From Eledone cirrhosa (lineage: Eukaryota), in assembly GCA_964016885.1 (NCBI GenBank), contig OZ024740.1, positions 413,974,001 through 414,038,000 on the forward strand: 64,000 nucleotides of DNA, given 5' to 3'. Below are positions 32,932-45,335 of the stretch, one piece after another. Each line of letters opens with the position of its first letter. Within the stretch, counting starts at the first letter, position 1. The notes under the pieces were generated by a model that had not been told where the DNA came from, made no database searches, and worked only from the letters and a program-made list of their open reading frames with translations. The translations under genes were made by a program, and so were the position numbers.

Positions 32932-33549
32932 AAATGTGTGTAATCCTTGGTACAGTTAGGTATATTAAGACAGGGGGAAGAAAAAGTGGCTTCACTTGTG
33001 CTTTCAACAAATTTATTTTCTTCGCAAAATCCAAAAAGAATTGTTTTCCCGGATTAGAAAAAAAAATTTTTTCTTAAAAAAAATTATTTTATAAATTAAG
33101 TTAGGTCTTACTTCTTGGTTAACGTAGGAGGTATTGTTTCGTTTTTAGAACGACCTTTCACGCTGAGGTGCGCTTGTCAAACTGATGTGTATGTGGTGTC
33201 TTGTTCTATATATAGGGATTTAACATGTCTGTGGTGTGGTGGGGGGGGGGGTTCTCCCCCTTTTAATAAGTGTATGGGTGTAGGTGTGTTGAAAAAGTGT
33301 TAATAGCAGTAATGAGTTGAGACGGTGAGTAGGGTTGGGTGGGGAGAAATGTAGCAAGTGCGGCCTGCCCCGGTCATTCTCGAAAATTCCTTTATTCAGG
33401 GGATTCCTTTGTATTGAGAATGGTCACAAGCAAATCGCACCTGCCAAGTTTGTAAACAATTATTTTTTTCTGAAGAATTTTTCTACGTCCATCCCAAAAT
33501 TAGTCCTTTGTTCAACACACACATATGTGCGTATATACGTACATACACA

Positions 33550-33820
33550 CACGGGTATATGTAGGAATATATAGGCACACACCATCAATCACACACCCAT
33601 GTACATATACATCCACATACATACACAAAAACATATAGAGACACATATAAAAACACATATACACATACGTACACACACGAATATGTATTCATACCTCCAC
33701 ATGGGTATATATATATATACATACATACATATACATACATATACACACATAAAGATACATAACTAAATATACATATATACCCATACACGCACACATACAC
33801 ACACACACACACTCACGTGT

Positions 33821-33853
<33 letters not shown>

Positions 33854-33960
33854 TATGTCCGTATATATACCTCCGTTCACACATACATGCATACATGCAT
33901 ACACACACACACACACATACACACATACATATATATACATATATATATAGAGAGAGAGGC

Positions 33961-34032
<72 letters not shown>

Positions 34033-34202
34033 GTACACACAAACACATACAGACACATACATACATAAACACATATACATATATCTATATATATATACAC
34101 ATATATACATATATATATATATATATATACGTACATACACATACACATACACATACAAGTACATACATACACACATACACACATACATATATACACATAC
34201 AT

Positions 34203-34277
<75 letters not shown>

Positions 34278-34310
34278 CATATATATACACATATATACAC
34301 ACACATACAT

Positions 34311-34354
<44 letters not shown>

Positions 34355-34563
34355 ACACACAAGCACATAAAGACACATATATACATACATACATATATAT
34401 ATACATATATATACATACATCTACATACATACCTACATATACACATACAGAAACATACTCATATGTACACACATATATACATATATGCACATACATACAC
34501 ACACACACATATATATAAATACATACATATACATACACACACATATAAACATATATCTATACA

Positions 34564-34597
<34 letters not shown>

Positions 34598-34790
34598 CAC
34601 AAACATACACATACATACATATATATATATATACATATATATACACACACACACACATATATATATATACACACACATACAAACATACTCACATCCATAC
34701 ATATATATACACACACACATACACGCACCCACATACATATATACCCACACGTACATACATCCATACATACCTACACACATATATGTGTGT
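33550..34790. repeat. Compound (TA)/(CA) microsatellite tract between the stop codon and 3' pLTR of element 2
   Basis: About 1.2 kb of mixed ta/ca/taca repeats. Confidence 0.9.
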
Positions 34791-34876
34791 GTCTCACCGT
34801 TCACTCAGATATTCATGTGTACACATAAGAAGAGGGGGGGGGGTAGTGAAATGGAATTTTACCTCCGAGTGTTAAT

Positions 34877-37200
34877 TCATTTTTTCGTGTTCAGTAGAGG
34901 TTTAAATTTTTCAATGAAGAATTCTTCTTTATATCTGCGGAAATGTTCGTTATCCGACCATATCTTGAAGAAAGGGAAGATTGTGAATTTTCCCTTCCCG
35001 CATGATGCAAAGTGTGCGCTACATGTGGTATTTCTGACTGTGGGGTCTTTAATTTGTTGTTTATGTACCCGGACTCTATCATGTAATCCCGTTCCGGTTT
35101 CCCCAATGTAATACTCTTTACACTGTGGACATGTTGCGCAATATATTAGGTTTTTCGTTTTGCAGTTCATGTTTGCATTGACCTTGAAATTATCATGGTT
35201 TTTGAAGGACAACTGTTTGCCCTCTTCGATGAGTTCACAGGTTCCACATCTAGGGTCCCCGCATTTGGTCACTTGCATTGATTCCATCTTGGTCGTAAAT
35301 TTTGCCTTGGTAATTAGTTTTTTAAGGTTGGGTGCTTGGCGTCTGCTATAAATTATCTGTGTGTTTTTTAAGAGTGCATTCATTTTGGTAGATTGTTTTA
35401 GAATCGGGAGATACTGCTTAGCAGTTTTCACAATGTTGATGTTCCCTGGGCTGTGAGTGATGACAAAAGAGATAGCAGGGTTTTCTTTTTTATGTTGTGG
35501 GTTTGGTTTTCTCGGTGTTGTTATTGGGATGTTCTTAGCCTTGGAGATGGCTGCGTTGATGAGTTCCATCGGGTATTCTTGTTTTTTAAGGAATTTTTTC
35601 AGGTCACATAATCTTTTTTCTTGTAGTACGGGGTGTGTTGCTATAGTGCAGATGCGCCTTGCCATGTTGAAGGGAATGTTCCTTTTCGTATGTGAGGGGT
35701 GTGCTGACCGGAAATTTAAGTATTGGTGTGTGTCAGTGGGTTTGCAAAATAGGTCCGTTATAATATTTTCCCCTTCTTTAATGATGAGGATATCTAGAAA
35801 GGGCAGTTCCTTTTCGTTACATTCCATAGTGAATTGTATAGCTTCATGAAGCCTGTTTAAGATCGAATAAAATTTTTGTAGGTCTGTTTGGCTTCTGTTC
35901 CAGAAGATGAAGCAGTCATCTAGGTAACGTTTCCAGTTTTTATTAATGTAGAAGGCGAAGTCGTGACTGAATGTTATCTGTAGTTGGGAATATAATTTTG
36001 CCTCTAAGTGACCCATAACGAGCGTTTCATATGTAGGGGCCACTTTGGTACCCATGGCTGTTCCTTTTATTTGTAGATAAAGTTCGTTGTCAAAGAGGAA
36101 GTGGTTGTTTTCCAATACTAATTTAAGTCCTTCCAAGATGAATTCTTTGGGGAATCTTTCTGAAATGTGACTTGAGTGTTTTGTAATCCAGAAGTCCACA
36201 GCTTCAATCACTAGGTCGTGTGGGATGTTAGTGTACAGGCTTATTACATCAAAACTGACTAGGATTGTATCCTGGTGTACTTTTTGGGGGATATAGTTAA
36301 GGAATTACATATCATCTCTGATGTAGCTTGGAACTTTTTTACATAGGGGTTTGAGTATGATGTCTAATAGGTTGCTAAGATGTTGTGTGCTTGAGGTTGG
36401 GCCAGCAATAATGGGGCGTAATTTTAAGTCTGTCGGTTTTGGTGCTTCGATGTATGATGTATTTTTCCCTTTTATGTTGTTTTGGATTTCTATGGATTTG
36501 TGAATTTTTGGTAATCCATAGAAATTGCTGGTTTTCATTTCGAAGTTGGTTAGGTAATCTACTTCTTTTGGTGTTAGGTTGTTTTGGTACTTTGTTGTTA
36601 GTTTGCCTATTTGGTTCCTCGATTTCCTTTCTTCGTTTTTAGTGATTTTCCTGTAGAAGTTTTCGTCATTCAAGTGTGCTAGAACCATATCTTTGTAGTG
36701 GTTTGTGTCCATGATGACGATTGCTCCACCTTTTCCGCTTCTTTTATTATTATTGAGGAATCCCTTTGTAGCTTGTTCAATGCTAGTAGTTGGTCTGTAG
36801 AGATGTTGCGTTTGTGTTTCGTCTCGGCCGTATTTGTACGTGCTGATCGGCGAAGGCAGGTTATGTATTCCTCCAGGTATTTATCTCTATTTAGCGGGGG
36901 TGTGAAGTTCTTTTTGTTTTTCACCAGTGATTCTTCCTCGTATTGTACACCCTGGAAGAATTCTCCTAAGCGTAATTTTCGACAGTATTCTTCTGTGTCT
37001 TTTATAACATCGGCTGTATCTGCTTTTGGAGTGGGAGTGAACTTCAGTCCATTTTCTAACAGTTGTATTTCTGGTTGTGTTAATTTCTTGGCTGATATAT
37101 TGATTATTTTTGGTTCGATTGGTTCTTTCTCGTCAGGTGTCACTTGAAAGGTGGTGCTTTTTTCTTTTTTTCTTTCATTTGGTGCGAGGCCCCTAGTCCT
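34877..37200 (-). pseudogene. RT-GIY-YIG (ORF2) of element 2 with two visible lesions (frameshift near 36730 in the DKG motif, TAA at 36305-36307)
   Basis: LENGLKFTPTP, YGLPKIHK, LRPIIAG, SFDV, GTAMGTKVAP, WKRYLDD, LPFLD, CGDPRCGTC, NLIY..CPQC..YIGET..R..H. Confidence 0.92.
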
Positions 37201-38318
37201 AAAAAATGGGTGCCATTTGGGATAGGGGTGTTTCTGTTGTGGTGAAACCTTTGGCCCGCCGGAACTTCATGCCAGTAACTGGTTGGGCGATAGACTCTTG
37301 CGTGGTCGTTGCTGTATTGGGGTCTGGTTCTTCTGTTGTTTCGTTCAGTATTCATGTGTCTTTGATTTTGTCTCCGGTAATTGTTCTTGGTGTTATGGCA
37401 GTGGTTGTATCTGGTTCTGGTGTTGAGTATTGGGTCTGTATGTAGTTGTGTGTTTGGGGTTACCCAATATCTGGTTGTTGTTGGTTTATTGTGTGTGGGT
37501 GCTTCATTTCTTGTGTTGTTGTATTTTCCTGAGTTCTGGGGTTTCCTATGGGTTTGTTTTCTGGGTTTTATTTGGTCTTTCCCATAGTTATCTTCATATT
37601 CTTGAAGCCATTGAGTTCTTGACTCCAAGATTTTCTTTGATTTTAACTCCTCTCTAGTTGTATCTGTCTGCCATAGGTTAAGGAGTTTTTCACGTACATT
37701 GCTGCTGCTTCTTTTGTTTATTTCCTCTTGGATGGTGGTGTCGCGTTTTTCAAATTTCTCTTTGAATTTTGGCACTCTTAGGCGGAGTAGGGTGATTTCG
37801 GTCTCAAGTGTTTGGAGTGCTAGATTTAGTCTTGTTGCAGTTTCTTCCTTTGATTCCGATGGTATTTCTTTAATTCGGAATTTTCTCGGGAGGATAACTG
37901 GTTCCTTGCTACGACATATTTCGTATGTGTCTGCTAGGTTTTCACTCCTCAAGGCTTTCCAGTATGCCTGTTTCCTTTGATTTAATAGTTGGTTCCAAAT
38001 GTTTTTCATTTGGTTTCTTTTTCTGTAGGCTTCTTTTTCTAGATTCAGTTCATTCCATTCTTTGAATGCATTATTGGTGATGGAGTTCTGTTCATGTGTA
38101 GCTATTTCAGAAGAAAAGGTTTGTTCTTGTTTTTGTCGGTCTGTAATTAGTGAATCAAGTTTTTCCCTATAGCTGCGTGTTTGTTGTTCCATTTCTTGTA
38201 CGGCATTCGTAAGGGAATCATATTTATCTATTATTATGGTGAGTTTTTCTGATATTTCCTGTAGTAGTGTATCCGATTTCAGGGATTCAGTAGAGGATTT
38301 TGAACGTGTGTTAGCCAT
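37140..38318 (-). CDS. ORF1 of element 2: 392-aa coiled-coil/helical protein with basic N/R/T-rich C-terminus
   Basis: Intact ORF; ATG 25 nt after the 5' pLTR; heptad-like N-terminus; homologue at 24121-24520. Confidence 0.8.
   Translation of the reverse strand: MANTRSKSSTESLKSDTLLQEISEKLTIIIDKYDSLTNAVQEMEQQTRSYREKLDSLITDRQKQEQTFSSEIATHEQNSITNNAFKEWNELNLEKEAYRKRNQMKNIWNQLLNQRKQAYWKALRSENLADTYEICRSKEPVILPRKFRIKEIPSESKEETATRLNLALQTLETEITLLRLRVPKFKEKFEKRDTTIQEEINKRSSSNVREKLLNLWQTDTTREELKSKKILESRTQWLQEYEDNYGKDQIKPRKQTHRKPQNSGKYNNTRNEAPTHNKPTTTRYWVTPNTQLHTDPILNTRTRYNHCHNTKNNYRRQNQRHMNTERNNRRTRPQYSNDHARVYRPTSYWHEVPAGQRFHHNRNTPIPNGTHFLGLGASHQMKEKKKKAPPFK
37200..37206 (-). promoter_or_regulatory. 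Candidate -1 ribosomal frameshift slippery site U_UUU_UUA
   Basis: ORF1 reads caT TTT TTA gga; the -1 frame reads FFRTRGLAPNERKKEKSTTFQVTPDEKEPIEPKIINIS into the RT ORF; that frame is closed upstream by TGA near 37268. Confidence 0.62.
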
Positions 38319-39217
38319 TCTGTCTTGTACAAGGGGATAGAATATTGGAAAATGTGTGTAATCCTTGGTACAGTTAGGTATATTAAGACAGGGGGGAAGA
38401 AAAATGGCTTCACTTGTGCTTTCAACAAATTTATTTTCTTCACAAAATCCAAAAAGAATTTTTTTCCCGGATTATAAAAAAAAAATTTTTCTTAAAAAAA
38501 ATTATTTTATAAACTAAGTTAGGTCTTAGGAGTTCTTGGTTAACGTAGGAGGTATTGTTTCGTTTTTAGAACGACCTTTCACGCTGAAGTGCGCTTGTCA
38601 AACTGATGTGTATGTGGTGTGTTGTTCTATATATAGGGATTTAACATGTCTGTGGTGTGGTGGGGGGTTTTTTCTCCCCCTTTTAATAAGTGTATGGGTG
38701 TAGGTGTGTTGAAAAAGTGTTAATAGCAGTAATGAGTTGAGACGGTGAGTAGGGTTTGGTGGGGAGAAATGTAGCAAGTGCGGCCTGCCCCGGTCATTCT
38801 CGAAAAATTCCTTTATTCAGGGGATTCCTTTGTGTTGAGAATGGTCACAGGCATGTGTATGTACGTATATACGCACATATGTGTGTTGAACAAAGGACTA
38901 ATTTTGGGATGGACGTAGAAAAATTCTTCAGAAAAAAATAATTGTTTACAAACTTGGCAGGTGCGATTTGCCTGTGACCATTCTCAACACAAAGGAATCC
39001 CCTGAATAAAGGAATTTTTCGAGAATGACCGGGGCAGGCCGCACTTGCTACATTTCTCCCCACCCAACCCTACTCACCGTCTCAACTCATTACTGCTATT
39101 AACACTTTTTCAACACACCTACACCCATACACTTATTAAAAGGGGGAGAAAAAACCCCCCACCACACCACAGACATGTTAAATCCCTATATATAGAACAA
39201 CACACCACATACACATC

Positions 39218-39252
39218 AGTTTGACAAGCGCACCTCAGCGTGAAAGCTCGTT
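39218..39252 (+). ncRNA. Candidate hammerhead (U3-A8 variant) in pLTR of element 2
   Basis: TTGACAA-gcgc(acctca)gcgt-GAAA-gct-c; sister copies at 33149-33183 and about 38570-38605 (-) have a stem III mismatch; stem I is weak. Confidence 0.45.
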
Positions 39253-39780
39253 CTAAAAACGAAACAATACCTCCTACGTTAACCAAGAACTAAGACCTAA
39301 CTTAATTTATAAAATAATTTTTTTTAAGAAACAAATTTTTTTTCTAATCCGGGAAAAAAAATTCTTTTGGGATTTTGTGATGAAAATAAATTTGTTGAAA
39401 GCACAAGTGAAGCCATTTTTTCTTCCCCCCCTGTCTTAATATATATATATATATATATAGTAATAATAATAAAATTGAAGACTAAAATCTAAAGAGGGCT
39501 CGATAAGGAAAATATATATCAAATATATAAGAACCGTAGAGCAAATATTTATTAAAATAACATATTAAAGTTTAAGCAAAGAATCGCTGCTTTCACCCTT
39601 AACGGGATCTTCTGAAACTAACAAAGTCAATCTGTAAACGCAGAACTGGATATTTCAAAAAACGTTGCAACCGGAGGAAGACAGGAAGACGATACTTTGG
39701 TTCGTGGTAACGTTCGCTGGCAAAGAACGGGAAAAAACGAATAATACGTCATTAATAGGAGCGGTGAAAAAAATGATATC

Positions 39781-41676
39781 TTGGAACTCATTCGGAATAT
39801 CAAATTTCGGAATAGGCGCAATTCCTTCCAGCAAGACCTGAAGAATAGAATTCATTCTATTAAGGATTCTAACGCCGTGCACGTCCATTCCGACAAAACT
39901 GGCAACCTATATCAAGTGGAGCGCAGTACTTACCATCAACTACTACATAATGCTGTAACTAAGGATTACCGTAAAACTAATCGGTGCGTCATCAATGAAA
40001 TCAACGATGCTGGGTTTAAAATCACATCTGATCTCAACATCCTGGACCGGACTGAACTTCTGGACCCTATCTCTCCCCACTTTACCCTGAAGGATCACAA
40101 ATCCAATTTTCCGAACAACCCCTCTATTCGGCTTATTAACCCTACGAAGTCCGATTTAGGTAGACTTAGTAAAACGATTCTTGATAGAATTATACCTGAA
40201 ATTAGAAGTTTGGCCCCTCTTGCACTGTGGAACAATTCTTTCGCGGTGATTGATTGGTTCAACGGCATATGTAACAAGGAACATTGCCGTTTTATCCAAT
40301 TCGACATCAACAATTACTACTCCTCCGTCACTTTACCACTTCTCCTTAGAGCTATCAATTTCGCTAAAACACTCACAGTGGTTAAGGATTTTGAAGTTGA
40401 TGTCATCCTTAATGCCCGAAAGTCGGTGATTAATTTCGACGACTCTATTTGGATTAAAAAATCCAATAGTACCCCATTCGACGTGAGTATGGGCGCCAGT
40501 GACTCTGCGGAGGTTACTGATCTTATTGGCCTTTTCCTTCTTTTCTCTATCAAGGACGAATTCCCCAACGCGGGCGGTGGTTTGTACCGTGACGATGGTC
40601 TTTTGACCATGACTAAGTGCGGACCTCGTGCTTGCGATAGGTTCAGAAAAGAACTCACAGCCTTCTTTAAAGGCTTCAACCTCTCTATACAGGTTGAGGC
40701 CAATCACTCGGTCGTTAATTACCTCGACGTTACCCTCAATTTATTGAATGGGTTGTATTACCCGTATAGAAAGCCTAATGATACGCTTAATTACATAAGT
40801 AAGCATTCCAACCATCCTGCCAGCATAACCAAGAACCTGGTAAGAAACGTTTCGTTGAGGCTTTCCCGTCTTTCCACCAACGAGCACATTTTCAACGACC
40901 ATTCCACTTATTACAATGAAGCTCTTGCTCGAAGTGGATTTGTCGATAAGGTAACATATACAGAGTATGAAAATAGACCTAGAAGAAATAGATCCCGTCG
41001 CATTTGTTGGTTTAACCCACCATATAATATGGAGGTGGCCACACCATTAGCTAAGATCTTTCTTTCCCTTATTACGAAGCATTTTCCCCTACACATAAAT
41101 ATAGTAAAATTTTTAATAGAAATACTATTAAATTTCTTACTCTACGACCCCTAACCTTGCACATAACATCACAGCTTCAAATTTAGCTAAACTACCTAGC
41201 CGTAGGAACACGTGCAACCCTGTAGTTAGTACTAACTGTAATTGTAGGAATCGGGCTGATTGCCCCCCATCCGGGAAATGCCTCTCTAGTAACATTGTCT
41301 ACAAATGTAAGGTTGTAACACCCACGTCCCGTAGGGCCTATATAGGGTTAACCGCCAATAGTTTCAAGCAGCGTCTTTACATGCATACCCATTCTTTTCG
41401 TTACCCTCTAAGAAGGAATTTACGTCACTTTCAGCTTATATCTGGAGTCTAAAAGACAACCACACCCAATATAAGTTACACTGGGAGATCCTAGCTAGGG
41501 CTAGATCGTATAACGGAAATAAAAGACCATGTGACCTCTGCGCCGCTGAGGCCCTGGAAATACTCTACGCCACGGACCACATCTTAAACAAAAAATCTGA
41601 GGCAAGTTCGGCTTGTAAACATAAATTGCACAAAACCTTCCTGTATTACAGCCCCACGTTATACCCTAACGGATAG
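39781..41676 (+). pseudogene. PLE RT-GIY-YIG, 5'-truncated, frameshifts near 41090-41140
   Basis: SDKTGN, LKDHK, FDINNYY, MGASDSAEV, GLYRDDG, YLD, WFNPPY, then CNCRNRADCP..IVYKC..YIGLTANSFKQR. Confidence 0.9.
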
Positions 41677-42603
41677 CACGATCTATACGTGGATATTTTA
41701 CGTCTTGATGTGGGAGCTAAGTATATGTTTTGTTTATTCCTTTACTTATTTGCATAGGTAAGTATATATTACCTATATGTTTTGTGAAGGTATGTATACC
41801 TTCTCGTACGTATATTTGACTTTTATGGCGTATCATTTTTACTTATTCTGGTATTTAGGGTTTGGCTATGTGTATACGGGAGTTCTGCGTCCGAGTGAGT
41901 ATGCTGGTTCGTACGTATGGTGGGTGTGTGTATATGTGTACTTCTTGTTTTAGTTGACTTACGTCTCCGAACATTCGTGTATTTATATGTAGGTATGTGT
42001 GTGCGCTTGTTATATACGTATTTATTTACTTATATACGTTTATATAATTATTTATTTATTTGTACACAAGCATACACACACACACATATTTATATGTTGT
42101 GGTTCTGTATACCTATGGTAAGGTTTTGCGTATGCTTGTGTATGTACGTATCTGTTTGCGTGTATGTATTTATTTGTTTCTATTACTTCTGTATTGTATT
42201 TATTTACTTTGTTCTTAACTCTGTAGCGGAGATTCATTTGGTCTCCTAGTTAGAATTTTAGTCTACGACTTCTGCTATACCATTTACGTGGTTTTGTCTT
42301 TGCGTGCTTTTGTTCTCCACGCTCCACATATGACTTATTATCTTCGTTTTTTCGTTCATTGCCAGAGAACGTCTCTATGCACCACCTAAGAGAACATTAG
42401 TCTACGACCTCTTTTATACCATAAACGTGGTTTTGTCTTTGCGCGTAATTGTTTTTCACCGCTCCTATTAATGACGTATTATTCGTTTTTTCCCGTTCTT
42501 TGCCAGCGAACGTTACCATGAACCAAAGTATCGTCTTCCTGTCTTCCTCCGGTTGCAACGTTTTTTGAAATATCCAGTTCTGCGTTTACAGATTGACTTT
42601 GTT

Positions 42604-42654
42604 AGTTTCAGAAGATCCCGTTAACGGTGAAAGCAGCGATTCTTTGCTTAAACT
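42604..42654 (+). ncRNA. Hammerhead-like motif with CAGAAGA core
   Basis: agttt-CAGAAGA-t-ccc..(g/c)gg-t-GAAA-gca..tgc-tt-aaact; copies at 39569-39619 (-) and 62514-62564 (+), partial at about 55480-55530 (-). Confidence 0.55.
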
Positions 42655-43115
42655 TTAATCTGTTATTTTAATAAATATATATATATATATATACACACAC
42701 TCTGCCACATACTTACATACATGTACATGCCTGCACACACACGTGCTCATAAGCTCATGCATATACGTACACATGCCCATATACACACCGCCATACACAC
42801 CCACGTATATATATATATATATCTACATACACACACACATACACCTACGCACAGATCCACACATAAAAACACCCAAATATAAACACAATAGGATAATAAA
42901 ATAAAATAAAATAAATAAATTTACAATAGTTTAGGATACATTAATATCTGTAACTTCACAAATAGATACATAAAAAAGGGGTAAATAAAAAACGGCGGGG
43001 GGGTGTACAGGAGAAGGTGCGTGTATCCATGTGATATACTACACACAGGTAGTATGAGGTGCAAACTTGGGTCCGTATATAGAACAAGTAACAGTAACAG
43101 AACAATAATAGAACA

Positions 43116-43305
43116 ATAATTGTTTCTACTTTAGGCACAAGGCCAGCAATAACCCAGTGCATTACTGGTACTTTATTTTATCGACCCCGTAAGGATGAAA
43201 GGCAAAGTCAACCTCGGCGGGATTTGAACTCAGATCGTAAATGGACGTAACTATGCTGGAAAGCATGGCATCCGACCCTCTACCGACACTGCCAATCCAC
43301 CGCCA
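43116..43305 (-). mobile_element. tRNA-derived SINE
   Basis: Reverse complement of the 10050 family. Confidence 0.8.
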
Positions 43306-43594
43306 TATAGAACAATAATGACAGTAATAATCATTGTTCCAAAGTGGAACATGTGGAGAGTATATCGTCACGACTGACGGGGTACACATTCAAGGGGACA
43401 CTCGGCCCGGGCACCATAGGGCATGCCACCGTGGCTGGGGTGTGCTGTTCTATATGTTTGGGGTATTGGACCGGGCGGTGTTAGCCGGTCCCGGCCCAGG
43501 CGATGTATCTTCCAATGTTGTGTGCTCGGTCAGGTGCGCCCCTAATTTACATATGTTTGCCTCACGGGTCGCACACTGTCATCGGGGCATGGCG

Positions 43595-44330
43595 TCAGGT
43601 CCCTAAATCATGTTGGGCCGTTCGGGTCTGTGCGTACCCGTTCCCACGCTCCCGTCCTGCGCCACCCGGAGGATTCCATGCTGCAAATGTGCATCTTCTC
43701 TGGTGTCTGCAGGTCATGATAATTTCAGAATTCAGGTTGACCGCGTCATCTTTCAGTCTGACTATCTCCATGGCCTCGTGTAGACATAATCGGCCTTTTC
43801 TACTTCCGGTCGAATATGCCCTCGCGTGGCGAACGATACTCCATTCCAGGGCGTACGGAGTGTCTTGGTCTTTCAGGTCCCACACCAGGTCCGCTAACCT
43901 AGTGGAGTGCATTTTGCTACGGTCTCTGAAGGAATTCGTGTGATTATACATCCGTGATTTAAAGGTCGTGGATGTTGCGCCGATGTAGGTGCGATGCGCG
44001 TTTTGGGTTGTAACCACACACTTGTATATTAGGTCCTTCATCGGGCATTTTCCCTGTAGGGGCACCGGGTGCCCGCTCTGCAGTTACAAGTTCTTTTGTC
44101 AGTTCTTATGCATCCGATGTCCGGGCCTCGATCTGTTATGGCCCTCTCAAGGTTCTCAGGGTGTTGTACCGCTGACACTGTTGTCTCCCCCATGCCACTA
44201 TTTCCCTCTCGGCGTTGGACCACATCACCCTGCGCGGGCGCTCTGGTCGCCTCTGGGGCCGGGTTGTCATTTGAGGCCAGGTCCCTAGGTGGTTCTCCGC
44301 GCTCCGTAAGACGGTCACTCTGTCGCCGCG
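43595..44330 (-). pseudogene. Hydra-like PLE endonuclease fragment
   Basis: TCNCRAGTRCP/LQGKC..LIYKC..YIGATSTTFKSRMYNH..LADLVWDLK..CRH. Confidence 0.85.
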
Positions 44331-44809
44331 GCTCAGAAATATATCTTTCTTAGAACTATTTTATTGTAAGAGACTATTTTTAGTTCCTAACTCAATATAT
44401 ACCTTTGATATATTCGGCTCCGTTAATTTGTTGAGATATTTCAAATGTCGTGTAAACCTGGCTGCTATGTTAATGGTGTGGGTTTGTGAGACACGCTAGG
44501 ATGCCATGTGCGCTATTTTATATATTTTATATATAGCATACTTAGATGTGTCAAGGATACTAATTCATCACCCACTGATGAGCTTAGATTGGTATTTTTA
44601 TTCACAATTAACTTTTCGGAACAACAAGTTGTCTTGGTGATTGGTAGTTACCACAATTCCGGTTTGTATTTTTTTTTTTTAAATTGAGACAAGCGAACCC
44701 AATTGTCTATAGTTAGTATTCTTTTCACCTTAGTGAATCAGGTCCCTTACGATTTGAACATATATATGTATATGTCTGTGTTCGTTTTTTTCTTTTATAT
44801 TCTATTATA

Positions 44810-44867
<58 letters not shown>

Positions 44868-44868
<1 letters not shown>

Positions 44869-45335
44869 TGAAAGAGTGAAGAATGACAAGGTAGGCTGTA
44901 CAAAAAGGGTTTTATTTATAGTATTAACAATTGTTTCATTGATCAGGTAAGTCTAAAGGCCGCTAAACACTCGAAGTTGCGTCGTTCGACCTTAAATACA
45001 GTGTGTGTCTCTGATCAATTCATCGGAATACACACACTGTATTTAAGGTCGAGTGACGCAACTTCGAGTGATTAGTGGCCTTTAGACTTACCTGATGAAT
45101 GAAACAATTGTTAATACTATAAATAAAACCCTTTTTGTACAGCCGACCATGTTATTCTTCACTCTTTCACTACTATTACACCCAAGAATAACCTGCATGG
45201 GAATTCTCACGAACTCGCTACCTAACTATGGAGACCTCTTGTTGTGTAAAACAACGCCGTAAGTTAAAACTATCCACAATACAGAGTGCTCACAACCTTT
45301 TACTGGATTACCTAAAACGATGACTTGTTATCCCA
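44868..45335. mobile_element. Fold-back pseudo-LTR (palindrome 44868-45170) with long-stem-II HHR at 44921-45031 (-)
   Basis: Minus strand: gtatt-CCGATGA-attgatcag..ctgatcaat-GAAA-caattg-tt-aatac; tail homologous to 47111-47310. Confidence 0.65.

Larger units (their letters stand above)
32925..39440 (-). mobile_element. Near full-length two-ORF Neptune-like PLE (element 2) with direct pseudo-LTRs and a 5' inverted pseudo-LTR
   Basis: pLTR 32925-33545 matches 38343-38850 (direct) and 38852-39440 (inverted); ORF1 38318-37140; RT-EN 37200-34877; (TA)n on both sides. Confidence 0.92.
39460..42675 (+). mobile_element. Hydra-like PLE with inverted 5' pseudo-LTR
   Basis: 39550-39772 is the reverse complement of 42451-42673; RT-EN lies between; (TA)n on both sides. 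Confidence 0.9.

Noticed and set aside
36305-36307. In-frame stop in the RT of element 2 as possible selenocysteine or readthrough
   Set aside because: The codon is TAA, not TGA, and element 1 has a sense codon at the equivalent position.
45091-45118. CTGATGAatGAAAcaattgtt, an apparent hammerhead with no stem II
   Set aside because: The mirror arm shows ctgatcaat, the 3' strand of stem II; a single substitution mimics the core.
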